A stretch of 61,913 bases of DNA, counting the filler, from Kipferlia bialata (lineage: Eukaryota), in NCBI GenBank assembly GCA_003568945.1. It is 4 parts of 4 records of this genome, joined end to end, with 100 filler letters (N's around TTAATTAATTAA, not from the genome) between each part and the next. Parts side by side here need not be neighbours in the genome. Positions count along the whole stretch, not along the records: positions 23,131 to 46,151 come from BDIP01000269.1; positions 46,252 to 57,331 come from BDIP01000321.1; 2 more parts are not named here. The stretch is one strand, 5' to 3'. The notes beneath the pieces are model-generated. The model did not search any database. It saw nothing but the letters and a program-made list of their open reading frames with translations, and was not told the origin of the DNA. Shown piece by piece: positions 43,101 to 56,228 of the stretch (its first letter is position 1; each line of letters opens with the position of its first letter). The position numbers were made by a program, and so were the translations under genes.

Positions 43101-43862
43101 ACTCAAATGGAGAGAGAAGGGACATTGGACAGTCACTGAAAATATTGAGACTATTATATGGGGCACTCACCCACGTCCCAGAGGCTGACGCTCATCCTGT
43201 GTGCTAGCCAGTCGGCGTGGTTGAACCCAATGGTGGGCATCACAGGGGATATCACGCACAGACCCTCCCTGCTCCTGGAGTGAGGGAGGGAGAAGCAATA
43301 CAAGAGTAGATAGCGGGATACCCAACAATATTAAATATGAGAGCAACACGGTGGGGTTAGACTCCTGGGGGGTGAGGGGGGGATACACGATCAGTATGAG
43401 AATACAAGACGGCGGAGTCTGAATATCATTCCCTGCCCCAATAATAGCCAGTTAATGACCGTAATACAAGTAGAGAGAGACATACCTCCAGTATAGAGGG
43501 AGAACAGGCATACATAGCAACTACCCAACCATATACAGATGATCATGGAAGACACAATAGACAATGGTGCCCAGCTACTGGGGCCTAGTATCGCTACTTG
43601 AAGTCCCACACCATCACACAAATACAAGACCATTAAAGAGATGTCTGAAAGCCGTCAGATACACAATAGTAGAGTAAATATCGGCATAATAATAATAGAG
43701 GAGAGTACCAAGTATACGACTCCCATTATACACAATGGTTTGCACTTACCGAACATGGTTAAGCAGCGATGTCTTCCCGGAGTCGTCGAGACCGACCGTG
43801 AGGATGTTCCGCTGTGGCTTTTCCACTGCCCACTGGTACAGGATGCGAGACACAGTCAGCAT
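40124..43862 (-). CDS. Arf-like small GTPase (ARFRP1/ARL-like) with a large low-complexity insertion
   Basis: MLTVSRILYQWAVEKPQRNILTVGLDDSGKTSLL|..PTIGFN..WDV|GGSVGFRKTWENYYDADALVFVIDAS..|LDGVPLVICLNKQD, then many E/R/S-rich exons, then RPWTVISTV..NVSQLIDWTL; stop TGA at 40124. Confidence 0.8.
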
Positions 43863-44315
43863 CCCGGATCGGTATCAGACCGAGACCTGGTACAGACACA
43901 CAAGGACCTAGACTCCTCCCAAAAACTCCACCACAGTTACTGCAGCACTCAGAAAGAAACTCAGGGACCTAGAAAAGCACTGAGGGGCCGCAGAGAGGCC
44001 TGTAAACACAAGAGGACTCTGGAAAACGCGCTAGTGAACCCTACACGCAAGAATTCAGACTCTAGGCAGCTACTAACCACCAACCAAGACTCTCTACTGG
44101 CCTGGGATTCTCTGACTAGCCTCAGGTCACGAGAAACGGTCGAGCAGGGTCCCTTCACAGTGGCAGCCTCACTCACTACACCCTTTGACCAAGAATTTTT
44201 GCCTCTCACTCTATCCAAGTTGTCGCCAAACTACACTATTATCTACCCATCTGTATCTACAGCTTTCTACAGTATGGCAGGTAGTATGGTATCTTTGGTC
44301 CATTGATGACACATT

Positions 44316-46068
44316 ATGTCGGTGATACCCTCCGGCTCAAGACTGGGTCACCTGCCCGCCGCGAAAAGCAGATACCAATCTTCACCAAAGCAAGGCGTTT
44401 GCAGGCTCTGTCTCGACATACAGGGAGGTATATAGGACAGACACAACTACAACTACATTTTGGTTCTTTATAGGGCGTCTGGGTGTCTGATACCAGGGAA
44501 TGAGTGCCTTTGTGGAGTATGTGGACTCTGTGTGCAGCCATGTGGTGGTGACACTCATGCAAGGTGGGGGGTAGGATCCATTCGGTCCTTTCCTACGACA
44601 TACACTTACAAACGACTCAGATAGGAGCTGCAGCTGTGTAGAGTTCTTTTCTCCCTCTCCCTCGCCTGCCTACCTGTGATCTAGTGTCTCTCTCTCTCTC
44701 TCCATTGACATACGCCTGATCTCATGCCAGCTATTGTTGTGGGTGCCTGCTTCATCCTTGGCAGCATATGGCTGGTACTGGCACGCACCAGGAGGGGGGT
44801 AATCAACAGGTGGGCATCTCTCTCTTTCTCTACACCTACCCCTCACTCTGGACTCAGTCTCTTACCCCGTCTCTCTTTCTCTTTACACTAATATCCAGTC
44901 TCAAGGAGGCCGCTGCCAGTCCATCTCTCTCTCTCCCTCTATCTGACTCTCTCTATATATACATACATACATACATATATATTCCCCTTACCCCCAGTCT
45001 CAAGGAGGCAGCAGCCAGTCCCGAGGCCGTGTCACCCAACGCACTGGAGAAGGCAGAGAGGGTGGAGAGAGGAGAGAGGGGAGAGAGGGGAGAGAGAGCA
45101 GAGGGAGTGGATAGGGTGGTGGAGGGGGTGCCAGAGTCACCAGGTGGGTTCACGTCTGTCTTTCGCTCTCCCTGCGCCCTCCCCCCCCAGTCGTACTTGA
45201 ATCCATTTCCTTTGCAGCATCCATAACTCTTATTCTTCGATAGCCTCCATCTCCCCTCAGGCCCTTGAATCCAAGGAGTGTCTCTCTCTGTCTCTCCTTC
45301 CCCCCTCTCTCTCATTGTTTACATATAACATCAGGCACCCTTGAGTCCAAGGAGGGTGTCTCCCTTGATGGTACTGGTACCCTACCACCCAACGCAGAGC
45401 CATTCCCGGCTGCATCGTCTAGGTACCATACAATATGTACATATACGCGCGCACACACCTATATATATATATATATATATATATATCAATACCCTCTCAC
45501 CCAACGTAGAGCCATTCCCTGTGGCATCGTCTAGGTATTTATTAACTACACTATATTATGTATATTTATATATACATATATATATATATAATACATCAGT
45601 ACCCTCCCACCCAACGTAGAGCCTTCCCAGACGAGCTGACCATTATTGAATGCATTCTGCCTATCTATATACACTCACTTACGTCTCTCTCTCTCTGTGT
45701 ATATCCACTGACCCCCAGCGATGACGACTGACCATCGTGATACACATCGTGTAGTCAAGTACTTCTTTCTATGTATTATATATATATGTTCTCATACCCT
45801 AGTGATGACGACCTGACCATCATCGAGGGCTCAGAGGCAGAGGCAGAGAGGGAGAGGGAGAGGGAACTGGCACTCTACACCCAGCAGGGGGTGCCTACCT
45901 CCCAGGTCAGGAGGGATATATAGATGGATAGTATATAGCCGTGTCTGCATTGATTGTCAGGAATTTTTGTCATTGTTTTTGTCTCTCTCTCCCTTTCCTT
46001 CTCTCCCTTTCTCCTCACCCCAGGCCGAGATTGACGAGGTGACTCGCTGGCCCCCAGTATGCGTCATG
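44316..46068 (+). CDS. Unknown membrane protein, 3' truncated at the contig join; start uncertain
   Basis: Exons ..SHVVVTLMQ|AIVVGACFILGSIWLVLARTRRGVINS|LKEAAASPEAVSP.., DDDLTIIEGSEAEAERERE.., AEIDEVTRWPPVCV; one hydrophobic TM-like segment. Confidence 0.5.
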
Positions 46069-46092
46069 TGAGTGGGTATCTATTGGCATAAT

Positions 46093-46148
<56 letters not shown>

Positions 46149-46151
46149 TCT

Positions 46152-46251
46152 NNNNNNNNNNNNNNNNNNNNNNNNNNNNNNNNNNNNNNNNNNNNTTAAT
46201 TAATTAANNNNNNNNNNNNNNNNNNNNNNNNNNNNNNNNNNNNNNNNNNNN
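46152..46251. other. Artificial contig spacer N44-TTAATTAATTAA-N44
   Basis: Same 100-bp structure. Confidence 0.95.
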
Positions 46252-46259
46252 CCTCCTTC

Positions 46260-46291
<32 letters not shown>

Positions 46292-46316
46292 TTCATCCTC
46301 TCCCCCTAACCACCAG

Positions 46317-49300
46317 AGCCGCTATGCGCATGTCCAGGAATGACCCCCAGATCCTCAACTGGAATGCAGATCTCTGCATGTTCTGGCGGAATAACAGTGT
46401 CCACGTGTCCACTTGGCCGAGAATAGGGGCTAGGTGTGGTAGCCAGCTGTCATATAGTATTAATCCTTGCGTACATATATATTGATAATGATTATATATA
46501 TACATATGCGGGTTCCGTCTTATCATCAGGGATGTGGATCTCTACCAGCTGTACAGGGCCATATCAAGTGAGGGCGGATTGAACAAGGTGAGATGGGGTC
46601 TCATGTCACCTCACAGGCCTATCCTATACCAACCTACTCAGCTCTACTGGTTCATTGTCTGATGCTTCTCTGTAACCCGTAGGTGCTGCTAGACGGTGGC
46701 TTCCCCAGGATAGCCAGACAGCTGCGGTACAGTCATCCCGAGCACTGCCCAGGTGAGAGGGCGCTGGTATTCATCTATCTGTGTGTGTGTATTCTGAGTA
46801 TGCATCCAGCATATCTGACCCAAGGCCAGCTGATCCGCATCTGCTACGAGAAGACCCTGTTTCTCTTCGAGCAGCAGGCCCTCTTCAGCCAAAGGGCCTC
46901 GCAGGAGCAGGTGGGTGGGTGACATGGATGTGTGGGGAAGGGTATGCGTCAGATTCAGAGCGAAGTCTCAATACTGTTTAAGTGTCCTGCTGGTGTACTA
47001 TTCAGCCACTATCATTGGTCCCACCCCAGATCCGGTATGTCAGGATGGTGTGGCTCAAGTACCCAAGGGACTGGACCTCAGACACCCCCTCCGACCCCTC
47101 GGAGGCACAGGTGCGGCAGAAAACTCTGGAAGCAGTGCTAGAGTCAGTCGTGGAGTGTATCTGTTGCGTATGGGTATATATTGATATATATATGTATATA
47201 CTATTACTATTACTATGACTGTTCCCCCTAACTATCCTAGGCCATCCGTGAACTTGCATCCACGGCCCCTTTCAACGACCACCGTGCCACCCCCGTGCCC
47301 ACCCATGTACTGAGTGAGGAGGCAGCCCAGGTGGGGGCATGGCAGATAACAGATATCAGTACATCAGATATCAATGAAACGGACAGCGGGTGTTGGATGT
47401 ATACCATTCTCGTCTCACGCCAGACCCGTGATGTCCTTGCGCCCTCCCAGCTGAGGACAGTGATGGACCAGTGTCAGACGGCAGTGGCCTGTGGCAGCCT
47501 GAGGGGACAGGTATGATATCTATATATATATATTCCATATGTGGGAGTGTGTGTTATAGCTACATTAGCCCTGTGTATCTAGAGAGTGTCTCGCCCACCC
47601 CAGGCCGACGTGACCTCTGCGCTAGACAGGGTCGAGGCCTGGTTGGCCGGGGGTGCCGCCCGTGCCCACCCCTCCACCCTCCGGAGGGATGTGCTGCCAG
47701 ACAGTGTGGACGTCACCATCAGGTGAGGGGCAGCGGGGTGGTAGTTGCCCATTGGCTGGTGTGTATCTCATCAGTCATCTCTACTCAATGCAGAAAGGGT
47801 CCAGGGCGGAGACCAAAGGGTGCTAGCAAGTTTGCCACAATTCCTCCCATTGCGCCAGTCCCAGCCGTTGGTCCCCATCTACCAGGTGCCATATGTGTGT
47901 ATACCGTGATGTGTATATATACCGTGTGTATATCACGTATATGTACCATTGCCTGCCTCCTCCCTCATTGGACACATCTTCTACCCACCAAACCTAACCT
48001 TACCTTACCTTACCTTACCGTACCGTACCTTACCTTACCTTACCTTACCTTCAGCGGATGGGTTGACGGGTACAGCTGGGCTGGGCTCCCTTGGCGTGGC
48101 TCTCCTCAAGGAGGCCGTGTCCTGGGTGGCCGATGCCTCGGACGCCCCTCCCCTCTCCGTCCCCCCCGTCCCCCCTGTGCCCACAGCAGACAGGCACCGG
48201 TGGGTGGGGGACACACTGCTAAGAGTGGTCAGAGTGGCTGGGGCACTCGGCACCGCCACCCAGGCAGCAGTAGGTGGGTGACCATGTGCGGGTAGTGTAT
48301 GTATAGCGGGTAGTCACTGCAGTCTCAACCCACCCCTCTTATTACGATGATGACCCACCCTCACTGTTAGTGAAGGATACCTCCCTAATCGGGGTTCTGT
48401 TCTCCCTGGCGTCTGGTATATCCCACCCTGCCATCCTGCAGCAGCGCACCCCGTGCTCCGTCTTCCCCCCCTCCCTCCCCCACTCCCTCCCCCCCTCTCT
48501 GGGTGAAGAGGCCGTCCTCGCCCTCATCCCCCTGGCCCCTGCCCCCATCCACCTCGACTCCCTCCCTATCGACCCAGGTGAGTAGTAGTGGGGGATGGGT
48601 CACGTGGGTCTGTATGTGTTATCTTGCCCGATTGACCCTGTTTCACCTACACTCTTTCCACTACACCGTCCCAATAGCCCCTTCACCCTAAGGAGTGGTC
48701 TTGAAGTCTCTACTGGCGCCCCCTTTCTCCCTTCCTAGAGTGTATCTACTGGCCCAGCTGCTGACCTCTACCCGTAACCTCCAAGCGTTGCAGATGGGCA
48801 CCCGTCCGCATGTGGGTACATAGGTGTATAAACTTGGATGGATGCATTTTCTCACTCGCAGGATATGATTTCTGGGTTACGCTCTGTCCTCTCTCAGTGT
48901 GCCCCAGACTCTCTGTATGCCCAGCGTGCGTACCTAGACTGCAAACCAGGCCAGGGTGATGGGGATGGGGAGACCGCCCCTGCCGTCCCGCCTTTCCACC
49001 CCCCTGGCTATCCACCCCATGGCTCTGGGGCACCCTCCCGACTCAGCGTGCCCTGCCCCCCTCTACCCCTCTCCCAAAGGGTCCAGGCCGTCCTGTCCTC
49101 AGCTGGGCCCCTCAGGGAAGGGGTGGGACCGAATAGGGGCTGGGTCGGCCACACGCGCACGGGTCTGGCCCACCTGCCAGTACCGCTCCACCCCCTAGCC
49201 TCGCACCTGGCCCTGTCCCGCCTAGCCATCCAGTGTATGCACGGCATGTGCCAAGATAACCAGGTGGGGGGGTGCATATGGATATGCGCATTTCAGATCT

Positions 49301-49691
49301 ATCAATGTAGATGAGTGATGCATTCCACACTATCCTATGCTATCTGTGAGATTTACAGGGTTCTCACAGCAGAGTCGGCGTATAGGCAACCGAGACACGT
49401 CTAGCATCTATGCCTCCCTTCTTGCCACTGACACCGTCCTAGTGGAACGGCTGACACGGTGTGTGGATATGGGGACAGACGCCATGGTGCCCACGCTCCA
49501 CTCCGTCAGACACCTGTACCTGGCCGACATCCACCTGGGGCCCAAGGGGGGAGGGGTGGGGATGGGGGGGGCAACCTTCATCGCACCAGTTACATCCACC
49601 CGCACTAAGCTATGCTACTCCTCGCCTGACGCAGACCTCGCACAGCTGTTACTGCCCTTGCGACAGGACGCGGCGCTCATGGTCGTACAGG

Positions 49692-49728
<37 letters not shown>

Positions 49729-50048
49729 ATAGGTATCAGGGGTAGCTGTCGTGATGTGGGAGTGTCTATGGGAGTGTTCCTAACATGCAGTCGCTCCGGC
49801 TGTGTGCTGTCGATGCCGTTCTGCTCCTGGGGGCACTCCGCAGGGTCACAGCCCTACCAACCAAGGTGAGCATTGCGTTATCTATTAGTGTGTATGGGTA
49901 TGTGTGTGTCTCTATCTTGGGAACTGGTCCCTAACTGTAGGCCCTCCTCCTCCTCGTGTCTCTCTGGGAGGCAGGGGAGGCCGGTAAGGCAGGGGCCGGC
50001 GACGCAGTTGCTAGGGCCGCTAAGGTGGTTCTCGAGGACACACAATAG
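46317..50048 (+). CDS. ARID/BRIGHT domain protein (possible SWI/SNF ARID subunit), 5' truncated
   Basis: WPRIGAR|DVDLYQLYRAISSEGGLNK|VLLDGGFPRIARQLRY..|GQLIRICYEKTLFLFEQ matches the ARID consensus (P.IGG..LDLY.LY..V...GG...V; IA..L; Y.K.L..FE). Many downstream exons; TAG at 50046-50048. Confidence 0.8.
47991..48050 (+). repeat. (CCTTA)n pentanucleotide array immediately before a 3' splice site
   Basis: AACCTAACCTTACCTTACCTTACCTTACCGTACCGTACCTTACC...TTCAG. Confidence 0.9.
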
Positions 50049-50090
50049 ACCTCGCCGTCCATTGATTGATTGTGCAGGGAATTGAACCCT

Positions 50091-53000
50091 CTACTCGTTT
50101 GATGCTTCTTCAATTGCCTTCCATGATTCTGCATTGTCTGCTGCTTGGTGTAACAGTGTCCTAGCCACAGCTGATGTGTCCTGAGATTAATCTTAGTCTT
50201 ATACCCATGTAGATCTGCTCATACCCTCGGGATATTGGAAGTTGCTCCACGTACCGTGAGTCCAAGTCTTCTTGTCTTGTGGGAGTATGCCTTGAGAAGG
50301 GGCATCACCAGACGCTGCAGGTAGGTGCGCTGGGGTTACCGGTATCATTGGTGGAGTATTGGGCCAGAGACTTGTCTACCCGGTGATGAGGTTATGAGAT
50401 CAGTAGCATTTCAGTGTGTTAGCTGGTATTAGCCACCTGACAAACACTTGCTGTGACCTCAGGTTTTCCGGCATCAAGACATCTCTTGTTTGGCACTATA
50501 AGACCAGCTTCTCCCTGTTGTTACTCATCAATTACAAAGAGATACTACCACGACACATGTCCTATATTCAGTCAGAGTATTTTGACTCATGGTACTGAGT
50601 GACTATGATATACGAAGTGGTATCACGACATTAGCTCTTCTGAGGATGCCCACCTCCAGAATACCAGATCCAAACTCTTCCCTCATGTAGTTTCGACCGA
50701 ATATCTCTGCAGTATGCCAGGCCCGGGCCATATTGGCCGTGGAAGCCAGAAGGACTATCGACCTGGCTAGCACTCCTTGGACACGGCCTGGGTCAGGGAC
50801 TAGGACACACTATCATGGTGCATTGGTGGTGTCCTTACCTAGCTCTCCCCCTGTGTCGGACACGGCACTGGGCATCTGCACCTCTGTGCGGTGGGTGCCG
50901 TAGAGGGGACCCACTGTGCTCATTGTCTGTATCTGGTGGAGAGTGTCCCATATCTGAGAGCCCTGAGTTACCGCTATCAGTTGTCGAGCCCAACGTCGAC
51001 CCTGCCGCTCCCATCTAACCCCGCACCCCAACACCACAGCCTCGAAGAGCAGCCCCGCCTACCGTGAGATAGGACGCAACGCTACTGTTATACACATGGA
51101 TCAGGCCTATATGTACTGCCACATGACATATTGGACCTTGTTACAGTGTTGCATTGTTATAGTGGTAGTGGTAGACGTCTGCTCTCCCACCTGCCTTGCT
51201 GCCTGGTCGTACCTCCCATGCAGGGTAGATATGCAGTTGTCTGATCCTGTAAGATAGTCCCGGCTTAACCCTGTGTAGGAGTAACATGTGGGAGCATGGT
51301 ACTTAGGTGGAGAGTTCCCACCGAAATCATAGCTCTTGTGGTGGTTACTATGATAACATGCACCGATACCTGAATGGTCCATATTGCCACAGACAATGGC
51401 TGTCATGATAATGAGTTGCAGTCTGGGTGGCATCAGAAGCTGGTCAGCACCACATCGATAGATACAGTCGGAGAGGAGGATGCCGGCCTGGGAGGAAGCG
51501 CACTCCTAAAGAGCGTATTTATATGTGGAGAGTAATCCTCTGATTGAAGATATTGGCGATCGTAGCTGTCACATGCTACTTTGGGTCACTATGCTCATGA
51601 TTCTCTTACCTGCAGCGAGTCGAGTGTGTGTACTGTGTTGTGAAAGGGGACACTTCGGTGGAACCTGAGTGTCACTCTTAGTCTAGATACTATCTCCTCC
51701 TACAATTGATTTATGAAGCACTCGCTGTCGGTTACACAAGACTTGTGATGTATATGATTGCATCTACTATCATTTACCCCACTAAGTCCTTGTTGCGTAC
51801 CTATATATGGTAAATAGTGTCTTCATTAGGCTGCGCAGCTGTATATGCACGTTTGCAGTGGCTGTCTGGTATGTTCTTGCGTGCACATATAGCCACCTGG
51901 TGGTCAGAGCTCTCTTTGAGAGAACTATATCAGGGTGATGTTTGGAAATTGAAGTCTTGGAAATGGACACCATCGGTGACAAAACAGTACCCGAAAGCAA
52001 ACTCGCCAAACTTGGCTTGGAATGTGTGTGCATCAAAGCGTGGGTCTGCAACTGCCTGTTGTAGTAGCGCTTGGGCCTCTCTATTGGCTGTCGGTTAGTC
52101 CATATGCGCTTCGGATTTCCACCAGGTGTCCCTAGGCGTACAATTACTGTCAAATTCCACACATAGTACTGATAGAACATACCATGGAGACAGTGGTATG
52201 CCACGAGGAGAGAGTCCACACATTGCTCACAGGTGACTGTCAGTGGTACACTGTGTCTGATCTCTGGCAGTGTGACAGGCACTACCCTCACTGCACCTGA
52301 CTTGTCTACAATGTCATGTATGGTCATACACTCCCTAGTCACACACTGTCTCTTGTGACTCATAGCATGCCGGCCATTAGGGCTCGAAAGACAGCCGGTA
52401 TAGATGTCTGCAGAGCTGGGAACGGAGACGTCGGACTCCCCATCCCTTTGACACTCCACCGTATATATAGGGGCTATGTCCCCACACCGGCGTCCATCTG
52501 AGGTGACGGATAGACGTGGAATACGCTCCTCATAGCCGCATACGATATATCCGTCTCCGTCCGAGGTTGGTCCACAATATGAACTGGTAGGTAAGTAACG
52601 TCATATGGTGAGATCTCGATAGCTGAGTGCACTGCATACTCTATAACCATACCCAACAGACCGCATGAGGTGATACCGATCTGATGTCCTTGGGCAGCGG
52701 TGCCGACACTCCACCTATAGTCATGCGACGCAGGAAAGGATGTCATACACCGACTAGTATCCGTCATCGACGATGAAACGCTATTACATTGAATGCTCTG
52801 AACAGAGTCTTTAGCGGATGTTCATGACCACTCATTATCCTACCTTATAGACTGGGGACGCTGACCTCACACTCTTTATGGCAGCATAGACCTACCGTAA
52901 GAGAAAAGGACGCTTATAGTCACCCATCAACACCTGTCAAGACTGTATCGTATAGTATCGTTACTGACACTCTAAGTTGCCCCTGCCATACCTTAGGGAC

Positions 53001-55027
53001 GTCGTCAGGATGAATGCGGCCTGGGAATGCCGAGTTCTCCTGCGTCACCTGTAGGTCATTGCCGGCGCCGTATATGTTCAACCAGCTCTGAAGCAGATAC
53101 ACTCTGCACTTGATCTCAGTCAGTCGCTTAGGGTCTGGTGTCAGAGTGTGAAGAACTCTCAATGAGAATGTGACTCATGAGATGATCATATCGGTTCTGC
53201 CAAATGATATCAGTACCTATAGGTATCACAAGCATCCACGATAGCCGCAAGGGCCTCACATTGTTTGTATGTGTGAATGTTGAACTTGATGTCTCTTGCA
53301 CATGGTCTGGCACTATCAGACGGGCAGATGGGGACACCTCAGATAGGTCAGTACTGCTGTGGCTGCTAAAGCTGTGTGACACACCACCACCTGCGGTCTG
53401 GAGTGATGTATCTGCAGATGCCTCGAGCTCTGTTTGGGTCATCTCCGAGCAGTCCCGACCCTGTGGCGAGATGGCCTCTTGGTGCCCTCCCTCCACTGCT
53501 GTCACCAGAGAGTGTCCGGCTAGCCACTCAGTCATCTGGACACTGGCCCCACTCTCCTGCTCTGTATACAGGGTGTGAGATATCACAGAGGACGTCAGTG
53601 TCCTCAGTCTGTGTTGAAGGGAACTGAAGGCCGGATCCCTCGCGAGGGCCTAAGGTTAATACTAACACACTGGAAAGCCTCAATATTCGTTAGCACTACC
53701 ACAATATAGCATGTCACAACACCACCTGAAGTACTTGAATGAGGTCATCGGCGCTAGTGACCACCTGTCCTGGGAGCACCGCTGCCTGCTGGTGCCACGG
53801 ATAGGACACCGTGCCCTTGAGGGTGTCAGTCATACCCCAGGTGGCGTTGTCGAGTAAGAACCCAGACCATCGTCCATTGTAGTGCGACGCTAGGTATGTC
53901 AGGACAGCAAACCAAGCATATCGTACTATGCTTACGACGAATGGTCCAACACTGGGCCTATTTCCGACAGGATACGTCTTGTTCGTCAGCAGCAAATGTA
54001 CAGTGAAATTGGTCAAGTGCCTCTCCTGCTGGTGGTGGTCCGGTGTGTACGTCACGAGGTTGGAGAGAGACGAGGGTATCTCAGAAGGGTCACATACGAG
54101 TCCCTCTCTCACTGTCTTATGAATGTCATGGACCACCTCTCTACGTGCCTGGCTTCAGACATGGGCATTCTAAGATAGCCGTATACTTACAGTCTTACAA
54201 GGTGCTACATACCTCAGAGTCATATGGGAGCTGCCTTCGTGCAAGTATGTATCGATAGCTCTGCAGCCACAGAGAAGAAGTGATATCATCTGCGATGTCC
54301 CCTCCAGTGGAGTCGAAGAAGATGACAAGGCGTTGGTATATATGGGACAACGATCCATAGGACAATATGGGAAGGGTAAGCGGAGTCAAACTTGGAACCA
54401 GCACCCCCACCACCACTGCCCCCTTGGGAGCCAGTCTGGCCACACTGCTCTGTACATGTAGCAGGAGGGATCCAGCGACAGCCACTGAAGATATCACACT
54501 CGTTAGGGTGTTCAATGTGAAGAATAGCTGGTCTTGTGATCGGAACATTGTGTAAATGGTGGTTCCTGGTTCCAGGCTTGTCCTCCTTGGTAACATACGG
54601 TGGACTAGAAGCAGTGTTTCCACAGGCACAACACCTACCACTGCCACTGATGTCATTGGTATGCCTCTGTGACCTGAGCTGTATATATCAGACAGCACCG
54701 ACAGGACCTTGAGGCACCACGAGGCCACCACCATTCTTCCTATCAGGGATGTGGGGAGACCAGTACTACCCCGGAGACCAGAAGTAAGTGTTGACTGTAT
54801 GACCACATATTGAGGGGCATGGCTTACTAAGAGCATGATACAGTCGTCAAGGACCGAGTTAGTTGCGAGGTATACGGGGAGGCAAAGGAAAGACCAGGCC
54901 ACGTACAGAGCAAGGACACGGGCAGGTGTCTGAAGGTGAAAACCCAGTCACACAGTGAAAGATACTGCTGGGTTGACATAGTATTGGCACTCACCAGGAC
55001 GAGACGGTATGTGAGACTCTCCGACAT
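50091..55027 (-). CDS. Multi-pass membrane protein with a C-terminal class I cyclic nucleotide phosphodiesterase-like domain (metal ligands substituted); 5' end may extend towards ~55800
   Basis: Spliced C-terminus: TIYR|FHRSVPFHNTVHTLDSLQ|AGILL..LQLIIMTAIVCGNMDHSG|LSRDYL..; RQLIAVTQ; SIVLLASTANMARAWHTAEIFGRNYMREEFGSGILE|GEAGL..SVCQ|RTYLQRLVMPLL..|..ADNAESWK..*, collinear with the PDEase_I motifs. About 5 hydrophobic segments at 54195-54930. Confidence 0.8.
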
Positions 55028-56228
55028 ATTGGCCGTCCACCCCGGAGTGATGGAGAGATTTGAGGGGTCTACCGATTAACGGAGATAGTCTGACAGGATG
55101 AAACAGACAACTCCTCTAGGTTCAATGGAAATGGAAGTTGTGTGTATATCATCGGCGGCATTGGCAGTATGAGGATATCTCTTTGCCATGTAAACCCTTC
55201 AGTGTTGAGGGTATCATGATCTTATTTACAGCATTTCAATTACTACTCAGAAGGTCTTCTTGCATCGTCAATGATCACTTGTGTAGATCCCCTATAACAC
55301 GCCCTGGGCGCTCCACAACCTGCGGAGGGTGCATATCGGTATCAACTGAGGAATTCCCCAGGTTATGATGGTAGAGGGTATCAGACAGGGAGGGTAAGTG
55401 TAACAATTCTACCCTTGTACCAGTGTGAGTGGCACTCACTGAGTACAAGTCACTAGCCTGCGCTTTCTGCGTCCACCCGTCCAACCCTGGACCCTCCAGG
55501 AGCACTAGCAACACTTGTGACCCAGGGACCGAGGAACACGGCCACCACCGGCACCCCCCCCCCATGACAATCATCATTCATCAATGTCCATGGAGACGAG
55601 GGGCTACTCGACAACACCCTCGTCCTCGGCGTCAACCACAAGCACATTGACCGCGATAGACTACGAGGGGGCAGGGTCAGATTTACTGAGCACTGTACAT
55701 AGTACCTGTAAACAAGGTGCCCTACAAGACTTGTGAAAGACACACCCTACTTCCCTGGCTCCACCTGTCCATAGAGTCGTGTTTTAACTGAAAACTTTTC
55801 AGACCCCACTTTCTGTGACAGACCGTCAGTCAGTATAGATCACCATGTACATTGTACCGTGTATTCATGGTGAAATATTCTCTTGCCATACAGACTTGAC
55901 GAAAGGCACCCGACTGACACCTAGAATAATCCAGATATTACCAGAGTCGATCCCCCAAGCTCTTCATTCTGTAGGACGGCCCTAAAGTAGAACCTGCAGA
56001 ATGTATATAGATCTAAATGAAACAAGGGTCCAGGTGTTTTTGTTGGCTTTGTTGGCACATGCTGCCAACGAGCTATTCATAGACATCGATTCGGTTGGAC
56101 TGGAATAGTGCTTAGCTTTAGAAGAGTGCACCAGTCTTCCCCCTTAGAGTCCAGGGGGGCCGAGAGAGACACAACTTGGGGCTCTGTGTCTGTGAAGACA
56201 GAGAGTCGCCATTAGTGACTGAGAGACG

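Noticed and set aside
46024..46068. RWPPVCV after an N-terminal TM, reminiscent of a GT2 glycosyltransferase start
   Set aside because: Too short and truncated by the contig join to support the call.
50200..55800. Microsatellite-poor block suspected of being a mobile element or viral insert
   Set aside because: It resolves into a spliced TM plus PDE-like gene; no transposase, RT, integrase or terminal repeats were seen.
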